The position numbers were made by a program, and so were the translations under genes. A stretch of DNA of 64,000 bases from Fibrobacteria bacterium. Its GTDB lineage: Bacteria; Fibrobacterota; Chitinivibrionia; Chitinivibrionales; FEN-1185. The DNA lies in NCBI GenBank assembly GCA_037447435.1, contig JBBIGR010000004.1, positions 32,001 to 96,000 on the forward strand, in the 5' to 3' direction. Below the pieces are notes generated by a model. The model saw only the letters and a list, made by a program, of their open reading frames with translations, was not told the DNA's origin and did no database searches. Positions 47,692 to 57,091 of the stretch are shown here, piece after piece; the stretch's first letter is position 1, and every line of letters starts with the position of its first letter.

Positions 47692-48513
47692 TTAAAACAT
47701 TTTTCCGATATAGGTTAATTTCAATTCGCGTCCCCACCCTATTCTTTCGCCGGAAAGGGATATCTTATTCTGCAACATGTCCTTGACGTCGAATTCGATG
47801 CAAAAAGCGCTCGTTACAAACCAACGGAGCCCGACGTTAAGATACCCTTTCAACGGGTTTGCATATGTTATATGTAAAGAATCGCCGCCCGCGTCTTTGG
47901 CGTTTAAGGCGCAATCGTATTCAAGCGCGGCGGTGAATTTTTCATTGAATCCGGCATCGATTCCCCCGTAAACGTTCGGCCATTTAATCGGATCGCATTC
48001 TTCCAGAGAATAATTAATTCCGCCGTGCAACCCTATTTGCAACGCGGTCAATAGAAGGTAATTTTTGCTCATTGCCAGGAAAAACCCGGGAGACTTGTAC
48101 ACGTACCCGTTATAATCGATATCGACGCCGCCGGTCCCCTGATGATCGTAGCCGATCGCAAACGCAGGCCAAAAATATGATTCTTCGATTATCCTGATTT
48201 TAAAAATGGCCCCGATATGCGGATTAAACCGCGGCATTTCCCGTCCGATAAATCCGTCCCCGCCGTAACCGATGCCGATATTGATACGATCGGTAAGCGC
48301 CGCAAGCAGGTTCAAGGTCACGCCGCTGCCGCTGACGCTTTGATTGCCGTTGGGATAGGTTTGGCAACCGAGTGCAAAATATCCCCGCGACAAAATGCCT
48401 GCGGTATGACAATCGATGAGTTTTAACGGTTGTAATGTTTCTTTTTGGCAATAGGCGACAAAAACAATGGAAATTGCGGCGAGCGCCGCTTGGACAAAAC
48501 GCTTTCCTTTCAC
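47692..48513 (-). CDS. Hypothetical outer-membrane beta-barrel protein (YjbH-like)
   Basis: Signal peptide; 'HTAGILSRG', 'PAFAIGYD', 'YLNVGLRW'; C-terminal Phe. Confidence 0.6.
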   Translation of the reverse strand: MKGKRFVQAALAAISIVFVAYCQKETLQPLKLIDCHTAGILSRGYFALGCQTYPNGNQSVSGSGVTLNLLAALTDRINIGIGYGGDGFIGREMPRFNPHIGAIFKIRIIEESYFWPAFAIGYDHQGTGGVDIDYNGYVYKSPGFFLAMSKNYLLLTALQIGLHGGINYSLEECDPIKWPNVYGGIDAGFNEKFTAALEYDCALNAKDAGGDSLHITYANPLKGYLNVGLRWFVTSAFCIEFDVKDMLQNKISLSGERIGWGRELKLTYIGKMF

Positions 48514-49646
48514 GACTTCTCCTTACTGGACCTTGATTTTCGCAATTCGTTCATTTTCCTGATTTCATTCTTTTTCTTGCAATGTTCCTCATTGGTCATC
48601 GAAAAATCGTGGGCGCCGGTACCGTCCCATTTTGCGACGAAATACAGGTCCTTGGTTTGCGCGGGCTGCATCGCTGCTGCAAGCGAAGCAAGTCCCGGCG
48701 AACAAATGGGTCCCGGAGGCAATCCGGCATATTTTCTCGTATTGTAAGGCGTATCTTTTGCGAGTTCCGACACGAGGAGCGGTCCGTTGAATTTCTTAAG
48801 CGCATAGCGAATGGTCGGATCCGCGCCGAGAGGAATGTGTTTATCGAGACGATTATGGAAAACGCTTGAAATATGGGGCCGCTCGGAAGCCAACGCGGCT
48901 TCCCGCTCGACAATTGACGCCAATATGACGTACTCATGGGGAGTCAGCGAGGCATGCGCCCCGTCGGGAGCTTGGACGGGAAGCGTTTTTACCTTTTCCG
49001 CAAATTCCTGCGTCATGCTTTTAAGAATTTCCCAAACCGAAACATCAAAAGGAAATCGATACGTATTCGGAAATAAATATCCTTCCAAGGTAGGCGCTCG
49101 GACATGACAAAGCATAACAACGGCGCTATCGCGGCATTGGCGTACGAATTCCGCGCTGTCGACATTCAGCGCCGCGGCAAAGATAGATGCGGTTTGCTCG
49201 ATGGTAAGCCCTTCGGGGATGGTGACCGAAACATCGACCGGGACCGCATGCTGTAATTTTTCAGTGGCGCTTACAATGCCTTCCCCGGAATAAAACGTAT
49301 ATTTCCCCGCCTGAATCTTCTTTTCCTCTCCCCGGTATTTGACCCATAAGACAAAAACGGCGGACGACGGCACGACGTGCTTTGCAGCCAATAATCTGCC
49401 TATGGCATGGAGCGAGGTGCCTTTTTCAATGGTCACATCGAGGGGTTCTTTTCCCACGTTCATCGGCACGAATAAATACGCGACAAGCCCGGTTAGCGCC
49501 AATACCAGTATCGCAAAAGCAATCAGCAAGCGTTTTGTTGTTTGCATAAAACGTATCACCCATAGGATAGCGTAAAATGTATAGCCCAATGCACCGAGTA
49601 TATACAAAGCTCCGGTAAACCAGGCCCGTTTAATAAATGATATCAT
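48510..49646 (-). CDS. mltG: Endolytic transglycosylase MltG
   Basis: 'IQAGKY', 'VTIPEG', 'LEGYLFPNTY', 'LASIVEREA', 'ADPT', 'PYNTRKYAGLPPGPICSPG', 'LYFVA'. Start may be ATG 49547. Confidence 0.93.
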   Translation of the reverse strand: MISFIKRAWFTGALYILGALGYTFYAILWVIRFMQTTKRLLIAFAILVLALTGLVAYLFVPMNVGKEPLDVTIEKGTSLHAIGRLLAAKHVVPSSAVFVLWVKYRGEEKKIQAGKYTFYSGEGIVSATEKLQHAVPVDVSVTIPEGLTIEQTASIFAAALNVDSAEFVRQCRDSAVVMLCHVRAPTLEGYLFPNTYRFPFDVSVWEILKSMTQEFAEKVKTLPVQAPDGAHASLTPHEYVILASIVEREAALASERPHISSVFHNRLDKHIPLGADPTIRYALKKFNGPLLVSELAKDTPYNTRKYAGLPPGPICSPGLASLAAAMQPAQTKDLYFVAKWDGTGAHDFSMTNEEHCKKKNEIRKMNELRKSRSSKEKS

Positions 49647-49664
49647 AGTATTCGTTTTGACAAA

Positions 49665-52600
49665 TCACCACGCTTCTTTTTTTGCAGCAGCCGCGTTCGA
49701 CGGTTGTTTTTCGGAATGTTGCAAAACAAAATTATACAAACTTTGAATTTTCGCATCGTTGGAACGCAATTTATCCGCTTTTTCAAGGAGCGGCAAAGCG
49801 TCCGAATACCGTTCGGTTTTAACATACCCTCTGGACAACTGATACATAAAATCGGGATCATTCGGTTTCAACGCATTTGCCATTTCCAAAAACACCATGG
49901 CGTCGTTTGCCTGATGTTTTTCCAGAAGCGTCACGCCGATATCTTCACAAGCAAGAGGATTCGACGCGTCGCGCTGTATGTATTGCTGATACGCCTCAAG
50001 CTCCAGCTTCGGCCGTCCCGTTTTCCCGTAAATTTTACCTAAATCGATCCAGAGAGTCGGAATACTGTCTTTTTGCGTAAGGAATTTCTTTAAAAAAAGC
50101 GAGGCCTTTTCCAGGGTTGCCGGTTGCTTTGCATACAATAATCCGGCGCCCAAAAGGTTCCGTATGTCTTTGGGATACAAAGCGGCATTTTGTTCGTATA
50201 TCGCGGCGGCCAGCGGTATGCTGACTTTCTCCGTCAGTTGCGCCTTTCTGTACGATGCGTCGGCATCTTTTACCTCAGGAAATTTCGTATAGGCATTATA
50301 TGCGGCGGTCGCATTGGCATTATCGCCGAGATTGTCGTACGATTCCGCAAGCATTTTAAACATGAGCGCCCCATGCGGGTTTACTTTTTTTCCGTCCCGG
50401 TAAAACCCTTTCAAATATTCCAGGACTTCCGCGCATTGCTTGTAATACTTGCCGTTGTAATACGCTTTGCCGAGCAAATACCAGTATTCGGGGTCATTGG
50501 TCTGGTCCTTGGGAATTTTTGCAAGTAAACGTATTGTCCCGTCATAATCCTTGTTTTTATACGCGTCCTGGGCAAGCATCATCGCAATGCCCGGATCATT
50601 CGGCGCTTTTGCCGCATATTTCTTATACGCCTCCGCCGCCTGGTCGGGTTTATTCTGTTTTGTATATAGATCCCCGAGGATTTTATATTCCGTAATCGCG
50701 TCGGGATTAATGGCGACCGCCTGTTGATAAGTCACAATCGCATCCATGATATCTCCCGATTTCGCATAGCAGCGGGCAAGCGACGAAATCACCGTGAAGT
50801 TCCGCTGATCGAGTTGCAATGCCTTATTGTAATAGGAAATCGCCTTTGGATAAAACGTTTTCTTTTCATACGTACTTCCAAGGGTCGCATACATGGTCGC
50901 ATCGGCTTCGCCGGCACCGATTGCCGCGTTGAGAACCATGAGGACTTCCTCGGGAGTTCCCCGTGCAACCACAAGTTCCGCGTATCGCTTGAATATCCCT
51001 TTAATGTGCGGATTAACCGAAAATGCGGCCCGATATGCCAGATACGCACCGCTTTGGTCTTTTTGATCGTACAGAAAATCGGCCAGGTCTTTTTGCGCGT
51101 CCGCATCTTTGGGTCTTTGCGCCGTGTATTTGCGCAAAAACGCCATGGCGCCGTCCTTATCATTCGTCTTTACGCACAAATCGAATAACGTCTTATTGAT
51201 ACCGACATCCAGCGGCGTCAATACGGCAAGTTTCCTGTACAATTCCTTTGCTTTAGGATAATCGTTCTGCTGAAGGCACGCAAAGGCGTACATGGAAAGT
51301 ATCGGCGCCTGGGATACCATTTCCGAAGGAACAAGCGCGAAATATTTTGCCGTCGCGTCATAATCCTTTTTCTTGAAAGAATACTCCGCAATCATTTTGG
51401 CAAGCCCGTATTCCTTCGGTTGTTTTTCAAGATATTTTTTATATACCGACATGGCCTGGTCGGTTTTCATTTGCTGCATGTACATGTCGCCGAGCGTTTT
51501 TAAAATCTTCTGGTCCTGCGGATTCAAGGCCACGACCTGTTCGTAGGTTATCGAAGCTTCGGTGACGTCGCCGGTTTTCGATTGACATGCTGCAAGCGAC
51601 ATGAGAACCGGGACATTTTTCGAATCGTATTGCAACGCTTTTTGATACATCGGTATGGCTTTTGCAAAGGCGGCCTTCTTTTCATAAGCCCCGCCGAGCG
51701 CCGCATACACGCCGGCATCGCCCTCGCCCGCCTTGACGGCAGCCGAATACACCGCCATGATTTCGTCGGCAGTACCGTTTTTCGCGACGACTTCGCAATA
51801 CCTTTTGTAACTCCCTTTTATGGCGGGATCCGCAACCATTGCCGCATGATAGGCGGCACCCGCCAAAGCCATGTCTTTCCGATCGTACAACGCATCGGCC
51901 AAATCGCGTTGCGCCTGGGCGTCTTTCGGGCTTAACGCCGCAAACCGTTTGAGATGCGACAGGGCTTCTTCTTTGTCGCCGTCACGCATGCACAAATCAT
52001 ACAAAGTCTTTTCTATAAGCGGGTCTTGCGGCGCAAAGGCCACCATTTGCTTATACAGCATTTTCGCTTTTGTATATTCCTTGGTCTGATAATACGATTG
52101 CGCAAGCATAGACAATAAGCCTGTTCGTTTCGAATCGTTGCCGGAAACCATAGACAAATACCGGACCGCTTCGGCGTAATTTTTCGATGCGTACTCCTTT
52201 TCGCCGACAATATACGCGACATCGAAATCGCGGGGTTCTTTTTCGAGGTATTTTTTATAGACGTTATGGGCCGCGTCCTTTTTGCCCAATTTCGTATACG
52301 TTTCCGCCAACTGTTTATACAGCTTCGAATCGGTCGGGTTTAAGGCGATAAGTTGCTCATAGGTAATCGAGGCTTCGGCCGCGTTGCCCGCCTTAAGCTG
52401 GCAATTCGCCAAAAGAGTAAGCACCGGCAGGTTCTTGGGGTCAACCGCCAGCGCCTTTTGACATAAAGGAATCGCCTTTGAATAAAGCCCCTGTTTAAAA
52501 TAGGAATTTGCCTGCGCGGCATACATGGCCGCGTCCGCTTCGCCGGCATTGACTGCGCCGCTGAGGGCAAAATCGACATCCGCTGCGGTCCCTTTTTTCG

Positions 52601-55376
52601 TGGCAAGGTCAAAGTACCTTTTATAAATGCCTTTCAAAGTCGGATCGGTTGCCAAGGCCCCCTTGTATGCGGCAAAGGCGCCCGCCTCGTCCTTCTGCGA
52701 ATACAGTAAATCGCCCAAATCTTTCTTTGCAACCGCGTCCGTCGGTTTTAATGCGACATATTTGCGTAAATAGCCCGCAGCGTCTTTCGCAAGGTCATTA
52801 TCCGCCGCGCATACCGAATACAATAACTTGTACAGTTCGGGATTTTGCGGGGAGATGGCGGCCAATTGCGTCAGGACCGAAAATGCCTTTTTGTAATTTT
52901 TGGCGAAATAACTCGCCTGTCCGAAATGGAAAAGAAACTCGGAGCGTTTCGCATCCTCGCCCGAAACCATAGAGAAAAACCGGGATGCATCCTCGTAATT
53001 TTTTTGTTTGTATGCATACTCGCCGACAAAAGCAGCTATTTTGCCGTCCTGGCTCCGTTTTTCAAGGTATTTCTTGTACACCGACACCGCATCCGCTTCC
53101 CTGTTCTTCTTCACGTACAAATCGCCGAGCATTTTATATTCGTCAATTGCAGCCGGATTCAACGCCACGACCTGTTCAAACGATATTGTCGCGGCATCCG
53201 CTGCCCCGGTAGCAAGCTGGCAACGCGCGAGCCCGCTTAACACCAAGACGTTTTTAGGCTCCAAATTAAGGGCCTTTTGGTATAATTCGAGCGCCTTGCC
53301 GCACAATCCCTGCTTTTGATATACCGCGGCCAATGCCCCGTACATGCTTGCATCGGCTTCTCCTGCCGCAATGGCACCGGCCATGGCCGCGTTCATTTCC
53401 TCTTTCGTGCCTTTGATGCTTACAAGTTGAGAATACTGCTTGTAAATCCCTTTGATTTTCGGATCGAGTTTAAGGGCGGTGCGATACGCCGTAAGAGCGG
53501 CGTCGAAGTTTTTCTGGTCGAAATACAAATTTCCGAGGTTTTTCTGGGCAATCGGATCTGCGGGACTCAGGGTCAGGTATTTTTTCAAATAGCCTGCCGC
53601 GGCAATTTTATCGCCGGCATTATTGGCAATGTCGTACAAGTTTTTAAAAACGTCCCCGTTTTGGGGGGACATAACGCTCAGTTCTTTGTATAAATCGTAG
53701 GCCTGCTTATAATCCCGCTGGTCAAGATAGTATTTGGCGAGCCGAAGGCGCGACTCGATGTTCCCTTTTTCGAGTTCAATGATTTTTTTGTCCAAAAACG
53801 ACAAATTGGTCGCGTCGTTCAATTGTTTGTAACAATATGCCAATTGTTTGATATATTCCAATTCATACGGCTTTTTCGCTATGAGAAACTCAAGTTGTTC
53901 CTTGGCTTCTTTGTATTGGTTGTTGCGGAAAAATCCTTTCGCAAGCACCATCCGGGGTTCCAAAACCGACGGATCGAAATGAACCGCCGACTCTGCCGCG
54001 TCTATGGCCTTGTCCCATTTGTCCAAGGCGGCTGCGGAAAGGGCCAGCCCGGTTGCCGCCTGCGGCGATTTTGCGATATAAAAACTTTTTTCATAATACT
54101 TGAGCGCGTCGGAATACCGTTTCGCCTTCAGGTTGTAATCGCCGAGAGTGAGAAAAACCTTGGGATCGTTGGGGCTGAGGGCGGTTATTTTTTCAAAAGT
54201 CTGTTTCGCTTTTTCCAATTGATTGTTGCGTTGATATAAATCGGCCAACCGTGCGTATGCCTCGACATTGTTTTTATCCGATGCAACGGCCTTTTCCAAG
54301 CTCGCAATCGCTTTTGCCGTCATTCCGGCTCCGTTATACGCATCGGCCAAAAGGAAATTGATGTCCGGAACCAGATGCGAATCGCTGTCGGCCGCGGCGA
54401 TCGCCCTGAAATGGGAAATTGCGCTTTCATAATTCTTTTTCTCCAAATCCGCCTTGCCGGCTTTGGAATGCGAAATGATGGCTTCGGGCTCGGCCGAAAA
54501 GCCGAACGCGTCTGCGGCAAGGTTATATGCTTTTAACGCACTTTCCATGCTGCCTGTTTTTTCCTGCGATACCGCCCGGCAGTATTGGTCCATGGCACTC
54601 AGCTTGATTTTTCCCGCAATTTTTTCAAATTCATTCGCAGCGGCGAGGAATTTGTCTTTTTGATAATAGGCCTTGGCCAAATCAAGGTTTGCATTCAGCA
54701 AGTTAGGATTACGCGTTATTGCTTCTTTCAGGTAAAATATCGCCGAATCCAGTTTGTTCGATTCGAGGAGCGAGCGTCCTATTTTATACGCATCGTCGGC
54801 ATTGGGCTGGGATGCGTAGGCGACTCTGAGCAACGGAATGGCCCGTTTGTAATCTTTTTCTTCCCAATAAATGTCCGCAAGTCCCCTGCTGGCGGCCGCA
54901 TTGGAAGGATCGGCGTTAATGACCCGCTCAAGCGCGCTTTTGGCGTCTTTTACCCGTTTCAATGCCATGCATGCCCTGGCATATTCCCAGCTTGCTTCGC
55001 CGGTAGGATTGACATCGACGGCTTTTTGCGCATAGGTCAAGGCATTGTCGGGTTGATTCAGCTTATTGTAAATTCGGGCGATGCTGTAGTAGGCCGTATA
55101 GTTCTTAGCGTCCATCCGCGAGCCGACGAAATAACACGCCAACGCCTTCTCGTTCAGGCCCAATGCTTCATCCGCTGACCCGAGCTTTACCCACACGTCG
55201 GCGGTACGGTTTGCCGACGGCAATTTATCGTCTGCATAGGCTACCGCTTCGGAGTATTTCTGGGTTCTGATCAATCTGTCCAATGTTTCGTCGGCAAACA
55301 AAAAACTTGCCGTACCATAAAAGACAACGACGCAAATACATCCTATCAGGCGTTGTTTATAACCGGCCATTTGCAT
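49665..55376 (-). CDS. Giant exported TPR-repeat protein (about 1900 aa)
   Basis: Signal peptide after AAAGGAG RBS (ATG 55376); continuous 34 aa TPR periodicity; four 272-273 aa super-repeats. Confidence 0.9.
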   Translation of the reverse strand: MQMAGYKQRLIGCICVVVFYGTASFLFADETLDRLIRTQKYSEAVAYADDKLPSANRTADVWVKLGSADEALGLNEKALACYFVGSRMDAKNYTAYYSIARIYNKLNQPDNALTYAQKAVDVNPTGEASWEYARACMALKRVKDAKSALERVINADPSNAAASRGLADIYWEEKDYKRAIPLLRVAYASQPNADDAYKIGRSLLESNKLDSAIFYLKEAITRNPNLLNANLDLAKAYYQKDKFLAAANEFEKIAGKIKLSAMDQYCRAVSQEKTGSMESALKAYNLAADAFGFSAEPEAIISHSKAGKADLEKKNYESAISHFRAIAAADSDSHLVPDINFLLADAYNGAGMTAKAIASLEKAVASDKNNVEAYARLADLYQRNNQLEKAKQTFEKITALSPNDPKVFLTLGDYNLKAKRYSDALKYYEKSFYIAKSPQAATGLALSAAALDKWDKAIDAAESAVHFDPSVLEPRMVLAKGFFRNNQYKEAKEQLEFLIAKKPYELEYIKQLAYCYKQLNDATNLSFLDKKIIELEKGNIESRLRLAKYYLDQRDYKQAYDLYKELSVMSPQNGDVFKNLYDIANNAGDKIAAAGYLKKYLTLSPADPIAQKNLGNLYFDQKNFDAALTAYRTALKLDPKIKGIYKQYSQLVSIKGTKEEMNAAMAGAIAAGEADASMYGALAAVYQKQGLCGKALELYQKALNLEPKNVLVLSGLARCQLATGAADAATISFEQVVALNPAAIDEYKMLGDLYVKKNREADAVSVYKKYLEKRSQDGKIAAFVGEYAYKQKNYEDASRFFSMVSGEDAKRSEFLFHFGQASYFAKNYKKAFSVLTQLAAISPQNPELYKLLYSVCAADNDLAKDAAGYLRKYVALKPTDAVAKKDLGDLLYSQKDEAGAFAAYKGALATDPTLKGIYKRYFDLATKKGTAADVDFALSGAVNAGEADAAMYAAQANSYFKQGLYSKAIPLCQKALAVDPKNLPVLTLLANCQLKAGNAAEASITYEQLIALNPTDSKLYKQLAETYTKLGKKDAAHNVYKKYLEKEPRDFDVAYIVGEKEYASKNYAEAVRYLSMVSGNDSKRTGLLSMLAQSYYQTKEYTKAKMLYKQMVAFAPQDPLIEKTLYDLCMRDGDKEEALSHLKRFAALSPKDAQAQRDLADALYDRKDMALAGAAYHAAMVADPAIKGSYKRYCEVVAKNGTADEIMAVYSAAVKAGEGDAGVYAALGGAYEKKAAFAKAIPMYQKALQYDSKNVPVLMSLAACQSKTGDVTEASITYEQVVALNPQDQKILKTLGDMYMQQMKTDQAMSVYKKYLEKQPKEYGLAKMIAEYSFKKKDYDATAKYFALVPSEMVSQAPILSMYAFACLQQNDYPKAKELYRKLAVLTPLDVGINKTLFDLCVKTNDKDGAMAFLRKYTAQRPKDADAQKDLADFLYDQKDQSGAYLAYRAAFSVNPHIKGIFKRYAELVVARGTPEEVLMVLNAAIGAGEADATMYATLGSTYEKKTFYPKAISYYNKALQLDQRNFTVISSLARCYAKSGDIMDAIVTYQQAVAINPDAITEYKILGDLYTKQNKPDQAAEAYKKYAAKAPNDPGIAMMLAQDAYKNKDYDGTIRLLAKIPKDQTNDPEYWYLLGKAYYNGKYYKQCAEVLEYLKGFYRDGKKVNPHGALMFKMLAESYDNLGDNANATAAYNAYTKFPEVKDADASYRKAQLTEKVSIPLAAAIYEQNAALYPKDIRNLLGAGLLYAKQPATLEKASLFLKKFLTQKDSIPTLWIDLGKIYGKTGRPKLELEAYQQYIQRDASNPLACEDIGVTLLEKHQANDAMVFLEMANALKPNDPDFMYQLSRGYVKTERYSDALPLLEKADKLRSNDAKIQSLYNFVLQHSEKQPSNAAAAKKEAW

Positions 55377-55442
55377 ATTCTCCTTTTTCCCATCCAACAG
55401 TGAAGCAGCACTTCAAAAGCAATTCCCTTTTTAATAATTTCG

Positions 55443-56042
55443 TTATTTCTTTTTTGATTTTTTGGCAGCAGCTTTCGTACTGTCGTTTTCGATCTTTTTC
55501 GCGCAATCGGCAACCGCAAAAATGCTGCCTTTGTCGAGCACCATTCGGATATTCACGTCCCAACCCGTTCCCTGCTTGAAATCTTCTTTTTTGTCTACTT
55601 GTTTCTCGACTCTTTTAACGCAATCTTCGAGTTTCGAGTCATCTATTTCCAACTGATGCAAGGCGTTTTTCATTTTCGAAACCGCCTGACGCAGGGCCTG
55701 TTTCTGCGCATCGGCTGTCGCCGCATTGATGTCCCGGTTTACCGAATGCCCCGTGCCAACGACCGAATCGGTTTTAATGAGCTTTTCCTCGTCCTTAATT
55801 TCCTTCTCAACATATCCCCAAGTACCGTCGGTGCCGATGAGAATAATCTTGCCGTTGCTGACCGGAACCGTGAAGTCTTTTTCTATTTCCGAAGGTTTTC
55901 CGTTTTCATACACCCAGGTATTATCGTCTTTCAGCATTATTTTTAATCCGTCGGGAGTCGTTAAAACCATGTTTTTCGCAATAAGCAACGTTCCCGCCGA
56001 TACGATTATTAAAAGGGCGATCGCAGAATTCCTTATTTTCAA
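55443..56042 (-). CDS. Exported protein with duplicated DUF3157-like N-terminal motif
   Basis: Signal peptide; 'TTPDGLKIMLKDDNTWVY' and 'VPVSNGKIILIGTDGTWGY'; GGAGG RBS before TTG. Confidence 0.65.
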   Translation of the reverse strand: MKIRNSAIALLIIVSAGTLLIAKNMVLTTPDGLKIMLKDDNTWVYENGKPSEIEKDFTVPVSNGKIILIGTDGTWGYVEKEIKDEEKLIKTDSVVGTGHSVNRDINAATADAQKQALRQAVSKMKNALHQLEIDDSKLEDCVKRVEKQVDKKEDFKQGTGWDVNIRMVLDKGSIFAVADCAKKIENDSTKAAAKKSKKK

Positions 56043-56418
56043 AACAACCTCCTTTAAACGATTAATTCCCTATCGTATTAAATAAAAACAATATCTAAAA
56101 TATACTTAAACTCTCAATGAATAAGTATTCGGGTTTCAACATAAATATTTGATTTTTATCCTGTTTTCTCAAAATTTTACCATCGCGCTTTGAAAAATTA
56201 AAGTAATCATATCTAATTTTTATCGATGTAACCGTTGCCCCCTTGTTTTTAGGACATACCCCCTCATTAAGGGCATTCCGTTCAGCATTAAAACCGCCGG
56301 CGCCGGCATGTCTTTTCGGTGCGCATTTGCGTTGTAATGAATTTCATTGCTTTTACGGTTTGGAATGTATCATTTTTTCTCATGTAAATGGCTTTTCATG
56401 AATAACAAAGGAGATTGC

Positions 56419-57090
56419 GTGCTATTGCCAAGTAAGTGTCGTCTGTCGATAATTTCCCTCGGGAGCGTCATTTTGTTTTCGTTCAATGTTTTGGCTGGAA
56501 AAGCGGCCGATACGGCGGAAATAATGGACCTCGACACCGTCCCCACAAAATCGACAAATCATCCGGTACGCGTATCCAATTCAAAATCGAATCAACCCGA
56601 CGATACGGTTTTCATCGATGAAGCGGTTCCCCAAAAAGTACGCGTGTCCAATTCGCGACATATGGAAACGAGCCTGCCCGTAGAATCCGTCGATTTATCT
56701 TCGCCCCACAACAGCAGTGGGCCTTCCAAAGGAAACATTATTACCGGAGCGTGTTTGTTCGGGGTCCCTTATTGCTTATCGATTATAGTCGGTTCCCTTA
56801 TCTCGACTAACGAATATAACAATGGTTTCTCATCCTATTTCTATATTCCGGTCATTGGCCCTTTGTTGGTGTATTTCAACGACAATCATTCGAGCGATTC
56901 CGACACGCCCGAAGGATTATTATGCGCGGGCTGGACAACGGCCCAGAGCATCGGCGTTTTCCTGCTTATTAAAGGAATTGCGGGACAAGAACGCGAGCAT
57001 CGGTTTTCCCAAACGCAATTCCACCTCGCGCCGACCTATTCGAGGTACGGGTCGGGCTTTGCCGTGCAATACGATTTCGATCCGAATTGA
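56419..57090 (+). CDS. Hypothetical exported/membrane protein
   Basis: GTG after AAAGGAG; signal peptide, low-complexity linker, hydrophobic segments 'GACLFGVPY', 'YIPVIGP'. Confidence 0.55.
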   Translation: MLLPSKCRLSIISLGSVILFSFNVLAGKAADTAEIMDLDTVPTKSTNHPVRVSNSKSNQPDDTVFIDEAVPQKVRVSNSRHMETSLPVESVDLSSPHNSSGPSKGNIITGACLFGVPYCLSIIVGSLISTNEYNNGFSSYFYIPVIGPLLVYFNDNHSSDSDTPEGLLCAGWTTAQSIGVFLLIKGIAGQEREHRFSQTQFHLAPTYSRYGSGFAVQYDFDPN

Positions 57091-57091
57091 T

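Noticed and set aside
56225..56362. Possible c-di-GMP-I riboswitch on the minus strand (GTAAA...GAAA...ACGCAAA)
   Set aside because: The stem pairing and second hairpin do not fit the consensus as I recall it; an Infernal search against Rfam would settle it.
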